Positions 10,704 to 22,020 are shown, counted from the stretch's first letter. The stretch is DNA of 64,000 bases from Ramazzottius varieornatus (GCA_001949185.1 BDGG01000003.1:2587158-2651157), one strand, 5' to 3'. Translations and numbers: made by a program. Notes: a model not told the origin generated them from the sequence alone.

Positions 10704-13700
10704 TTATCCACCTCCGGCACAAATTAGGATGACCGTCGCACTGGTCGTCGTTGGTGTTCCGGTAGACGAGAATGATGTGATGGGCAACGTATAGGTCCCC
10801 GAAGTTCCCGTGACACCAGGGGTGATAGAGATCGTTCCAGTCGGCGAAATACTGAATGTCGTACTACCTCCATTGATAACATAAGAAATGGCTCCAGGGA
10901 CGGAGATTGTCCCTGCCGACTGTCCTCCTGCACAGTTAACCAAGGTAAAAGGACCAAAGCCGGTACTGGCCACCGTGGTGGTTACTACCCCTGTTCCAGT
11001 ACAGACAACTGCCACCGTTACCGGCACCGACACCGCCAGACCTTGTGAGGAAACCGCCGTGACGATCAAGTTGTACGTCCCTGTATTGACAGCTCCGACT
11101 GTCGACAAAGCTCCTGCTGTATTGATCGAGAACAGACCACCACCGTTACTAATAAAATAGTTCGCGGCGTTACTGGCTACAACGGACCCTAGTAAAACAG
11201 GACCTGTAGCGCAACCCTGAAGACTCAGCGAGTAACTCGTCTGAGGGAAGTACGGAGAGTATACAATAGTTGTGGGACCTTGAGTGGTCGTTGTGGTGGT
11301 CGTGGTGACGCTACTGACTGTTGATGGATAAACACAGTTGGTGGTGTTGATGATCACGATCGCGTTGGTCGGAACACCGTTGGAGTTATACGCAGTGACG
11401 GTCAGCGTGACGAATGTTCGCAGAGGAAGAACCGCAGTTTGCATGATATTACCAGTGACCGGATTGATGTAAAAGTAGTTGACCCAAGGGCCACTCTCGA
11501 TCCAGTAGGCGGTGTTGTTGGTGTTGTTCGTGATACCGGTAGCCGAAACCGACCCGATACTAGCATTGACACCGCAGGTTGTGGGCGTGAAAGTGTAGGG
11601 GGACTGGGAGAAGACTGGGGCGGCGTAGTTGAAGTTACAGTTGTCGTAGAGGCAGGTCCCGTTGATGGTCACGCTGGTAGCGCTGCTGGAGGACGACAGT
11701 AGGTTACAATTGACGGTTACCTTGACCAGCACTGAGCTAGTCTGGCCGAAGAGACTGGTGGCTTGGACTGAGAGGAGGTAGCGACCTGCGTTGATTGCCG
11801 TGGAGAGGGAGATAAGACCGGTGGAGGAAATGGTGAAAGCTGGGTCGCCGTTCGTGATGAAGTAGGACGCCGCACCGGCAGCCGAGACCGCACCAACGAT
11901 GGTACCGGCTGTGCAGTTCCGTGTGATGTATTTGTAACTTGCGATAGTATCCACTGTAAAAAGACGGTAAATTTGTGAGAGGGCTGGGATACAGGCAAAC
12001 AAACTCAACAAGGTCGTTAGTTAGTGGCGCATGCTTTCAGCCAATCACACTGGAAACGTGCGCCACTTGGTAAAAACAGTCCTGATTCGTTTTCAAAGTG
12101 ACGCACGTTTAAGGCCAGCAACATCGACCACGTGCGCCACTTGACAAAACTCAACAAGTTTGTTTCACGAAATCGCGCACACTTTCAGCCAATGATTCGG
12201 GAAACGTGCGTTACTTCGGAAAACAATTCTGTCGACTTTGGCTGCCGAACTGAGCGAACTCCCACATCGAACTTCGAAGGTTTCTATCGTACCCGAGTTG
12301 GCGTCATAGTCAATGACGCTGAAATGTCTCTTTTCCCGTCGGGCTTTTTTTGTGTTATTTAGACGAGCTCCTCGTTTCTTTCGACCAGTGGACGTCAAGA
12401 TGCTGACCGGCACCAGCGAGCTGTTACCGGTATTGCCGTAGCAGTTACCGCCGAAGCAGATGTAGTTGTAAGCGTTGACACCTGCCTGGCTCGCTGTGGT
12501 GCTGGTATTGGAAGTGAAGCTCTGGACGGCATTGTAAAAGGCCGTGTCGTAGTCGATGCTGTAATCGTCAGAGTCCGAGTCACAGGTCGCTGTAACCGTA
12601 ACACCTCGTCTGATCAGCCGTCCGGTGTTCGTTATAATATTGACATGGAGCCGATAGGTGCCCGTTGAGAGGTAGTCCGTCAGCTTGACGACCCCGGTCA
12701 GGTAGTTTACCGTAAACAAACCTAACAAAAACTATTTTGTTAATTTTTCTGAGAGACCGTTTTGAAAATTTTTGACAGAGTTAACCATATTTCTGAAATA
12801 ACTCGTGAAAGATGGAGTCTGGGCAAAGTTCCTCAGAAGTCTGGGGTCACGGCGTAGAGGCATAGTCGAGGAAATGTAGGCAGGGGGCGGGGTAGCCGAA
12901 GGGTAGGAGTCGGGGCTTGCCATCTGGAGGCCGAGAATCTTCAAGAAAAACTCAAAACCTTCCCTTGCCCTTCTCAAATTTCATCAGCTGTGCCTCTACG
13001 CTATGACCCCAGACTTTTGAGGAACCTTGCCCACAGCCCAGAAAATTGTCAAGTTTTAAATACTCAATAAATACATCACCAATAAGAATTTTTGATGATT
13101 CGTGACATTGCGATGGCCGATTTTTAGTATTACAGTCCGGTCGCTCGATATTTGGACGAAATCTGGACGAAATCTTCCAGTTTGAATTTGAGGCCCACCA
13201 TACATTCACCACACCGCATACCAAACCAAAGCCCAATATTACATAACACACACGTTACACCGTGCTATGACTCGTGTAATCAACTAATCAAGCCGCAGAT
13301 AACCGGCTGGGTGGGCATGGCGAGCAGTACGGTATACTTCGAATGGTTCTCCTCTTTTGAAATCGGAAAATTTCGTCCAGATTTCGAGCGACCGGACTGT
13401 ATTTTCAGCATGGTGTGGGTTTATGGAAAGGTTATGAAATTGCTTACCAGTGCATTCCGCGCCATTACAATAGCCATTGCGTTTACTGTTGATGGCGTAC
13501 CCCACAGCGCCTGTCGTCGCTACGGTTCCTATCCTGGTATTCGGTATACACTGCGTTATGGAGAAGGCATAGTTGTTGCCACCAGCCGTACTTCCGCTAC
13601 TGATGTTGTAGCAGAAGTTATTGTAGCACACAACTGAGATCCCATTGTTGAAGACGGCACTGGACACATCAGTGTCAAAGCCGTCATTATTACAGGTAAT

Positions 13701-14229
13701 GTACACCGGAACTGTCGCAGCACCGTAGTAGTTGGTGGCGCGGTAGTTGAACATGAAGGTCCCAGACTGCCAACTACAGTAAGACGGAGGAGCATCAGAG
13801 CGTATCAAAGAACGAACTTGAAAGATAAGATTCCACATACTCCGCCAAGTTAAGTTGTCCCGATCGTGGATTCACCGCCATGTTGTACGAGCCATCGGTG
13901 TCGTTGTCTATGGAATAGACGATACCACCACCGGCTGGATTGTTGGCCGTTACTAATGCGATGAAGTTGCCGGAAGCACATCGCGACAACGTGAAATTGT
14001 AGGCTGACTGCTCGAACGTGGGAGAGAACTCGGTGAACGGGTTGTACGGGGAAGCGATTGGACGTCTTCGAAACTGACCCAAGACAACCTGCAAAGGTAA
14101 TGACCATCAATCACACATCCTCGCAGTACTCGTATGGAAAGTGAAAAGAGGACCAGTGGTGCTTACCGCCAAGCACAAAGCCAGGAGGAAGATAAAGACT
14201 ATGTAGAAGTGGTTCCTTCCATTTGCCAT
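10704..14229 (-). CDS. Secreted protein with ~6 Cys-bracketed cadherin-like repeats and CX4C linkers (~713-726 aa); cluster gene 5
   Basis: Exons 14229-14167, 14088-13841, 13773-13487 (or 13448), 12721-12428, 11953-10704, in phase. Signal peptide MANGRNHFYIVFIFLLALCLA. Repeats such as FSQSPYTFTPTTCGVNASIGSV...FYINPVTGNI. Motifs VCYNNFCY, ICFGGNCY, TCLYDNCN. No TM segment. Confidence 0.78.
12023..12215. repeat. Tandem array (74-bp period, ~3 units) of the 45-bp AGTGGCGCAC palindromic element in an intron
   Basis: Units at 12023-12067, 12097-12141 and a degenerate unit at 12171-12215. Confidence 0.75.
12813..13040. mobile_element. ~228-bp MITE-like element with ~50-bp inverted termini (copy A, intron of cluster gene 5)
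   Basis: Left arm tggagtctgggcaaagttcctcagaagtctggggtcacggcgtagaggca pairs with right arm tgcctctacgctatgaccccagacttttgaggaaccttgcccacagccca. A diverged reverse-complement copy lies at 29041-29266. Confidence 0.75.
13133..13399. mobile_element. Tc1/mariner/pogo-type MITE (TA TSD)
   Basis: TA|CAGTCCGGTCGCTCGA ... TCGAGCGACCGGACTG|TA perfect terminal inverted repeats. Confidence 0.85.
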
Positions 14230-14704
14230 GATGACCGACGGACGACGAGAAACGCTCGGAAACCAGGAAGTGACTGCGCTGTAGAGTGTCATCAGTGCGA
14301 CAAGTACCCTACAGAAAGCAGAAACCTTCTGTACGGGCAAGAAAACAGTGAGCCCGTCAAAACATTACTTTGATTTTGGATGCTTTCACAAGCTTCGGTT
14401 GCTCGTTCGTGGTCCGAAAGCTTGAATAAACAATGACTGACCACATGTATTATACCGATGAAAGTAAGTCTTCGAAGCAAACTTTTGTAGATATATTATT
14501 CTTAGCTGCGCTTGCGATCTAGACAAAATACAATACTTAGAAGTAAAAGACATCACCATTGAAGAATGAGCGAATAATCCTAATTCAACAACAAAATTCG
14601 GGAAGACGGATGTCGATCACATTTAGGCAAAAAGCCATCACAATAAAGGGACTGAAATTCAGATATTAGCAGGAAAATCGTACCCGCTATGGTTCCACAA
14701 AATT

Positions 14705-17341
14705 CTAAGCGAAGAATACTGCCACTCTTTGTCCAATAGGTTCAAGACACGCCGGGCAATCGGTACAAGCACGAGCACAGGCCACACAAGCAACGACGTG
14801 ACCACACGGGGAGAAGTGCGTCCCACGGTCACGGATGCGACAGACCACGCAGTTGCGAAGGATCTCAATTTCGCGGTTCTCCCTGCTCAAGATTCTGATT
14901 TCTTCTGCAAACATTTAATTGGTTAATACTACGGCATCAAAAGAAGGTAAACGGCAAAGCCAGTGGGACACTAACCATGCACTTCTGTTTTGAAATCATC
15001 ATCCCGTGGCGGAGGAATAGCCCTGCGATCAAAAAATATGCATAACGTGACCATTCTGTTAGGAATAGGCCGGAGAAGATCAGGAAAATGATACAAGGTG
15101 GAAATAGAAGTCGCAAAGACACTGCTTTGGAACAATCCAGTCAACTTCATGAGCTTACATACAAACAGCCAGTAGTATACTATGAGCCGCCAGTATGCAG
15201 GTAAGTGAAATCGGGTTATCTCTGCTCGGCAGATATTTCTTACCGGTCGTTTGCGGATGCGACCCGGAAGAACTTATTCGCAGCGGCCTGACGACAGTAC
15301 GGGCACGTCGCTTGACTCTGTCCGCAACCAACACAGCAACACAGATGGCCACACGGATAGAAGCCCAACGTTGAGTCGGCGGAGAAGCACACCTTGCACT
15401 GGAAGAAGTCGCGCAAATCTTGGTTTTCTCTTCGCAGCTTCCTCAACTTCGTTTCTGTAAAGCCTTCGCATTTGAGAATCACTTCCAGATTCAATTGGTC
15501 CTCTGGTACGTACCATTTGACTCTACTGGACTGAGCGGCTGTGCAAGAATAGCCGCTGGCTTTTTGGGCCTTCAAATAAAACATATCAGTTCTAAGAGTC
15601 GGTAAATTGGTGGAAATGGCAGATACTCACTTGTCGTTGTCTTTCTTCGTCTCCATCGTCAGGACTTTCTCGATCAGGTCTTGGAACGACTCAAAGCTAC
15701 CGTTTAAGGCGAAAGCCTCGAGAACCAACTCGTAGTCGAAGCCCATACTTTCAGCTTCCGTCATCCACGAGCCGAAGCGGTAATCGTCGGAGCTATTCTT
15801 AGGTACCGAGAATCTACAACAAGGAAATAAGTGTTTGTTCAGGCCAATCGTTGGCTCAGAAAGCTCTCACTTACACGTGTTTCCCAGCGTCGAAGTCATC
15901 TGAGTCTTGAATTGCACACAGATGCGCTAGAAAGTCTTCCAGAGTTTCGAATATTACAGGATGGTTATCGTTTCGTCTGGTCGCTTCCGGGTCTTTGTGC
16001 GCATGAGCGGCTCGGACGACAAGATTCAGCGGGAAGCCCATCTCGATAGCCGACTGACTAAACTCTTCATACTTGTCCGGTAGATCGGAAATAATCTTCT
16101 GAAAGACGTGACGTCATTCAGCGATCAATCATAGCAAACTAATGATTTCAGGTTACTCACATCCGTCGGAGTGACATTCAGTCCAGCTCCGAACGCAGTA
16201 GTCAGATTGGCCATAGCTTGCTGAGGAGTTAGTTGAGGAGGTTCCGGTCTGGGCGAACCGCAGATTACCGACATTCGGATATGCGTCAGCGGGATAACAG
16301 GAGTGGTATTCTGAGTACGATCAAGCCTGACGTTCTCAGCTATCTGTCTACCCTACAAAAGAGAAACACGTTACACAACGAGCTATTTGACAGGGAGTAT
16401 CAAATCGCGCTACTCATGCCGGAAGCCCTGTATGACTCACATTACGAGGGCTCAATCCAACGCTAAACTGCACGTTCTTATCCAGCAACTGATGCTTGAC
16501 TTGACTGTTGGTCATCCTTGGATTGACGGATGTCTGAAGTACGTAAAAAGGCTGAACAACCATCATTACGGGCGTGAATACGAGGTGAACGACATAATTC
16601 GGGCATATCGATTTTCGCACCATAATTCGGGCAAGGCAAAACGTTTGAACATTATCGTCAATGCTTGATTCATCTCTCATCGTAGGCCTGTTGATAAAAC
16701 ATAAGGCTTTTGGCATTGGACAGACCCACCTCCCTCCCAGGCCGAATTCCCGTCATCCACAACGCTTTGTCGTTCTCAAACCTATTTGAAACTCGAGAGG
16801 AGGGATTAGTCTACCTCAGGAAACAAGAAGCAGTTCATTACGCGCAGCAGAAGCTGAGAAAAAATATGCCCGAATTACGAGTGAAAACCCACTGTGCCGA
16901 AGTATGTTGTTTACCTCGTACAGCACTTCTAGGAGATGAGAAAAGACTAATCTGGACTAACCACGTGGAAGAATATCCTTCCCAGAGGTATCAAGCCATA
17001 CGGATCGTCATCCGGCGACCTAAGACAGACAGCTATTAGTCGATACATAAGCAGATACTGCTTCGTAATTCGTATTGGCAGGTGAAACTTACACGTTGAT
17101 GAATCCGTACCCTTTCGCAGAGTGGAACATCGAGACAACACCTCTGTATGCATTCGTCCCAGCGTCTGCAACAAACCACCACGGTCGTAAATATTCAGCA
17201 AGTCTGTAACTACACGACGAGTAACTCCCTTTGATTTTGCGATTCTGCTGTACTAGAGCAAAGCCGAATTACAAAGCAGCTGAAGCACTGCTTACCGTTT
17301 GCTATTGTGTTGTTAAACATCAGCGTTGGGTTGTAGGTCAT
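14705..17341 (-). CDS. Cold-shock domain - UBA - UBA - RING - RING protein (BIR-less IAP-like putative RNA-binding E3 ligase, ~487 aa)
   Basis: Ten phase-consistent exons: 17341-17296, 17165-17093, 17019-16962, 16533-16441, 16352-16161, 16098-15875, 15813-15631, 15591-15244, 15022-14976, 14904-14705 (1464 nt). CSD: YRGVVSMFHSAKGYGFINV...RIFFHVTS...VQFSV...GRQIAENV. UBA-like: AIEMGFPLNLV and AESMGFDYELV. IAP-type RINGs: CKVC..FYPCGHLCCCVGC..CPYC and CVVC..FSPCGHVVACVAC..CPAC..VFFA*. Confidence 0.8.
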
Positions 17342-18691
17342 GGTAATCGTGTAGTCTTCGACTTCGACGATGTGCTCCGAACAAGCGAGTGACGCAGCGC
17401 AGCAAGTGTCGAATCACTGTCAATTATTAAAGTTCCGCTCTCTCGGCAGCTCACATTAGCTGAAGAGGAGAATGCAAACTTGAAAACTGAGATATTTACA
17501 TACAGTAAGTAGTTTTAAGAAGGTCCAAGCAGGAAACACTAGGAAGACCGCTTCGCCGTCAACCGCAGGGATCAGACGGCTGGTAATCGGGGAGACTGAT
17601 TCCCCTCCGACTGTTCCAAGCAACGGCACAAGGGTAGACAACTAGTACTGTACTACTTACAGCAGAAGATGAGCTAACGAGGTCGTCATGCTCTTTCCGC
17701 AGCGCAGCGTCCCCTGCGACGCACCTGAGATTCAGAAGTTGTGCCGATGTTCGTCAGCCTGTTCCTTAACACCCCAATTTTCGGCAAATCTCGTTTGTGC
17801 GTGTGGAATAATACAGAAAACTCGCGGGGATCGAAACGGAAGTTGCACATGAAGAGTTCTCTGAAAACAAAAAGACTTGCCGACGAGTTAAAAGATCCGT
17901 TTGTTTACGTTTTCTGTCAGGAGTTTGCGATACGATGTATCTGCTATCGACGACTCGAGTCTAACAGCGTTCGACGGGTGATTTAGACAGCGAAATTTTA
18001 ACGAGACAGAACGGCTTTCCAAAATAAAGTACGGCCCAACTCAACGACGATAATCAATTAATTAATATTTATTCCAGTCTTCAAAACCCTCTTTGAATGT
18101 CGTTCGAGCACTAGGTCTCCTGATCCGAGAAGATGGGATTTCCGCACCCATGATCAAGTTGCCAGTTCTGGGGGTTCGTGGCAGGTCGCATGAGACAACT
18201 GCATTGGTTTCGAAACTTTCGATAAAGGCTGGAAGTTACCTGTCCATGTCTGAGACAGTCTAGCCGTTGTCTTTCTGGAATCTGGACTTTGAGCATCAGT
18301 CAGGATCTTTTAGGTCTTTGATGCAGAATCAGTCAAGAGTGCTCTGCTGATCACTGAGCACCGTCCGTGATCCTGGCTCAGCTGCGCAGTAGTCAGCTTG
18401 ATCCTTGCGTGATACAGTAGTAGTGGGGACTCCACTTCCGGTTGCTACCAAACTTCAACTAGCGACTAGCGAGAGATGTATTCTCTAGACCTCCCCCTGA
18501 AACTTGACTGCAGGAGTGTATTGACGAACATATTTCTCTTTCAGAGCGGCAGTGTTCACCGGATCGCTCATTCCTCACGGAGAAAGACTCGACGAAAGAC
18601 TCCCGTTTGGCAGGTTGTTGTGAAGCATAAACGGGATGGTGAACACACCTACATAAGCTGACTGTTTTTCCCTTTCTCCGATCTGAAGAAC

Positions 18692-20472
18692 ATGTCGGAA
18701 GACAAAAACCGCATCCAAGCCTTGGAGCGTCAGCTGGAACGCGAGCGGAGATACAACGAAGACTTAGTGAAGCAGAACGAAAGTCTTAGTGAACAAGTCG
18801 CTCGTTTGAAAGGATCCATCTCACGACATGAAGTGGCTGTGCAAACGGACTCCACTCCTCATTCGTCAGGGGCAGGTGAAGTTGACTGGGCTACTCAAGC
18901 ACAAACACATGGAGGGAGCATAGCAGACTCGGTAAAGTTATTCCTCGCCAGCAAGAGTTCGGAGATCGAGCGGAAGGAGTTCGTGTATAACGAGGCATTG
19001 GGGATGTATGTGAACGAGTCTAACGGGATGATGTACGATGGAAAGCGATATCTCTACTACGACTACAAAAAGAACGAGTACATGTATTACGACGAAGTTT
19101 CCGGAACGTACAAGGAAGATCCTTCTCGTAAGAAGAAGGTCAAACCAAAGAAGAATACTCCAAAGGGTAAAACCAGTTTTCCCTTGATTCGATCAGAATG
19201 TACCCAACGTACTTTTGCAGAGGAAGAACCCAGGCCAAAGGATGAGACAAACCCAGACATCGTAGACTTGACGTACTCGGATTCCGAAGAAGGCGAAGTG
19301 GACGACGACGAGGAAGAAACAGACGAAGCAAAGTCGTCTCCGAAGCTCGAGAAAGTCATTCCCTGCGTCCGTATGATCGTCTATAGTTCGAAGACTCTTC
19401 CACCCGCTTCGCTTTACATCGCCACCTGTGATCGCTGTTTCACTTTTGGACGTGATGCCAAGCGAGACATGGTTCTTGACGAGGATCTCGTCAGCAAGTA
19501 CCACGCTGTTATGTCGTACGATAAAGATACCTCGAGCTATCGAGTTCAGGACTTCGGGAGCCAGAATGGCACCTTCCTCAACAGTACCCGCCTCTCAGCT
19601 CCCAAAGAAGTAAGTGAGAAGAAGGAAATCGCACATCATGATCTGCTGGCCATCGGGTCGACGACGCTGATCGTCCATATCCATGAGAACTCCGAGACGT
19701 GTGATGACTGCGAACCCGGAGTCTACCTGAGCAAGCTTCAGAGTTTCCGACAGTATGCTGGAAACGACCAAACGGACAATCAGGTCAAAGCTCAGAGCTC
19801 CATGAAGGTTTCGCACAAAGAAGAAATGAAGAATATCAAAAAAAGATATGGTATACATAAAGACCATTTCATGGAAGTCCCTGCCGGAAGTAACCCGAAG
19901 GACTACGTCGATCGTTCAAAGGTTTGTATCAGTCTGAAAACTATCTTTTGTTTCATTCTTTTTGATGTCTGATGCGTTACATACTCATTCCTGTAGGTTC
20001 GCAGGATAGTGGTCGGATCCGAACATTCCTCGCTCGCGCCTAAAGACGCACCAGCAGCTTCTGTGGACGTTCCCATTGCCGACAACAATGTGGGCTTCAA
20101 GCTCTTGAGCAAGATGGGCTGGAACGAAGGCGAGGGACTGAATAGCAAGCGGAAAGTGGACAGTCTCACCGCACCCATCGCAACTACCATCCGTGTGAAC
20201 GAAGCAGCGGGTTTGGGAGCGGAGAGTGTGGGAGAGCAGCTGTCGCTGGATGATGTCCGGTTGAGACAGCAGAAGGAGAAATGGACGAAGGCAGCCAAAC
20301 GGTACCACGGACTTCCCACGCAGGCTTCAACCGATGCACAGGGTATGGTAATCATTCTTGCTTGAGTGTTTGCAATTCTGAGACGCTGTTTTATGTTACA
20401 GGTAAGGAAAGGGCTTCGAGAAGTGGGAACATCCAGTGGGTTAAAGGCGAGAAACCCACAGGGACCTCATGA
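18692..20472 (+). CDS. AGGF1: Angiogenic factor with G-patch and FHA domains 1 homologue (~548 aa)
   Basis: Exons 18692-19921, 19997-20342, 20402-20472. N-terminal coiled coil, OCRE Tyr repeats (FVYNEALGMYVNESNGMMYD..YLYYD..YMYYD), FHA (FGR..VSKYHA..DFGSQNGTFLN) and G-patch (NVGFKLLSKMGWNEGEGL..GLG). Confidence 0.9.
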
Positions 20473-21405
20473 AGTATCGTCAAGAGAATGTTCAAAGTCT
20501 GACAGTGGGAACGCGAATGTGCGTAGTCTGACAGTCAGGGCATAAACCTTAAAGTATTAATCTTTCTCCAGGAACTTTTTCGCGGGTACGAAAGCGGAAA
20601 TCCGTGTTCTGGCGGTAGATGTGAATGGTGGTGGCGTTACGTTTAAGTTTTTCCTCCATGGCATGATGGGGTCTCTCAACCGACTTAGCACTGATAAAGC
20701 ATCCAAGTATCTTCCATCGTTTTGGCTATGCAGTATTCTGTGTCAAAAGTGGCAGGGTTGCGCAAAGATAAATTTCCCATTTGACGTCCAAACTTTCTGG
20801 AAGTCGGGGCAGTATAACCGACAAAGAGGCGAAGTCCTGTAAGTTCCAACACGTTGGTAATCATGAATCATGATGTCCGGCTGGGCCCACCTACTGCGTA
20901 TTGGCACATACCACTGTCTCGGGCCGAGTTGATTGAAACAACCCTTGATTATCAGCCGTCATTTTCTGTTCGCCAATTTGGCTCGTTAATCTCACTCTTC
21001 CGCCATTGCCAGTTTCTCCTTACTAGTTACTACTGATCTCGAACCTACTCTGAGCTGTAGCATTAGATGCGTGTCAAAAGTTATCGGAGCTTGCGGACGC
21101 TTGTGGAGGTACAGGGAAGATCACACAGAGTACGCAGCCCTCACGGAGTCGATATATCTGCTCCACTTCCGGTCGAAAACTCTTCTGGACCGAAAGTACA
21201 GTTCATCCGATCGCGGGATATTAGTGACATTAGTCGTCTCCCTCAAGCCCTGTACGGAAGCAGCTGGGTGATTACCAGCCCTCGGCAGAGTGGTGCAGAT
21301 TCTCTTCGCGTTTATAGTGGTAAGAAGTAAGACGCATCAGCAATCTCTTATTATGTCTGATTAACGAAATAGGTTTTCTCCAGGAAGGCCGTCCTGCCGA
21401 TAAAT

Positions 21406-22020
21406 ATGAGTCGGAAACGAGCAGCGCCTGAAGAAGACAAGAGTAAGTCGGTAAAGAGGGGTTCTTTCAATCCATCTTGGCAGAATGGGCTCGAAGTTTC
21501 CCTCAAAGACACTGCTTCCCATCTATACAGCGATGAACTAGTCGTCATAATCAGAGACAAGTTCCCCAAAGCCAAGCACCACTTTCTACTCCTGCCGCAA
21601 GCCTGTATAGATAACCTCGAACTTCTGGACGAATCTCATGTCATGCTTTTGGAGCACATGATTGAGAAAGGGAAGGACTTTGCGAAGACGAATATCGAAC
21701 CAAAGACGAAGAACTCGGTCCGATTGGGCTTCCACATGGTTCCCAGCATGAGCCATCTGCACATGCACATCATCAGCCAAGACTTCGACAGTATCTACCT
21801 GAAGAACAAGAAACACTGGAACAGCTTCGCGTCGCCGTTCTTCCGGGATGCGGAGTCGGTGTTGGAAATTCTGAAGAAAAATGGGAAAGCGAGCATCGAT
21901 AAGAAGAAGGGTGAGGAGCTGCTGAAGCAGCCTCTACGCTGTCACGTTTGTAAGGAACTTCCAGCGAACATACCAAGGTTGAAAGAACACATCAAACGGC
22001 ATGACAAGGACCGCAGCTAA
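21406..22020 (+). CDS. APTX: Aprataxin (HIT + C2H2 zinc finger; no FHA seen)
   Basis: DKFPKAKHHFLLLP, GFHMVPSMSHLHMHIISQDFDS..KNKKHWNSF, and CHVC...HIKRH. Confidence 0.92.
   Translation: MSRKRAAPEEDKSKSVKRGSFNPSWQNGLEVSLKDTASHLYSDELVVIIRDKFPKAKHHFLLLPQACIDNLELLDESHVMLLEHMIEKGKDFAKTNIEPKTKNSVRLGFHMVPSMSHLHMHIISQDFDSIYLKNKKHWNSFASPFFRDAESVLEILKKNGKASIDKKKGEELLKQPLRCHVCKELPANIPRLKEHIKRHDKDRS

Noticed and set aside
12023-12215. Palindromic repeats with variable spacers resembling a CRISPR array
   Set aside because: Eukaryotic intron, only ~3 degenerate units, spacers related to one another, and no cas genes.
13284-13450. ORF extension KQFHNLSINPHHAENTVRSLEIW... of cluster gene 5
   Set aside because: Read-through into an intron containing the TA-flanked MITE at 13133-13399.
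16233-17039. Plus-strand ORFs (77-109 aa) that might suggest a separate gene
   Set aside because: They are antisense to the phase-consistent CSD exons and introns and have no recognisable motifs.
18692-22020. Possible read-through supplying the AGGF1 FHA domain to the FHA-less aprataxin
   Set aside because: AGGF1 has its own stop at 20472, and no in-frame splice path is evident.
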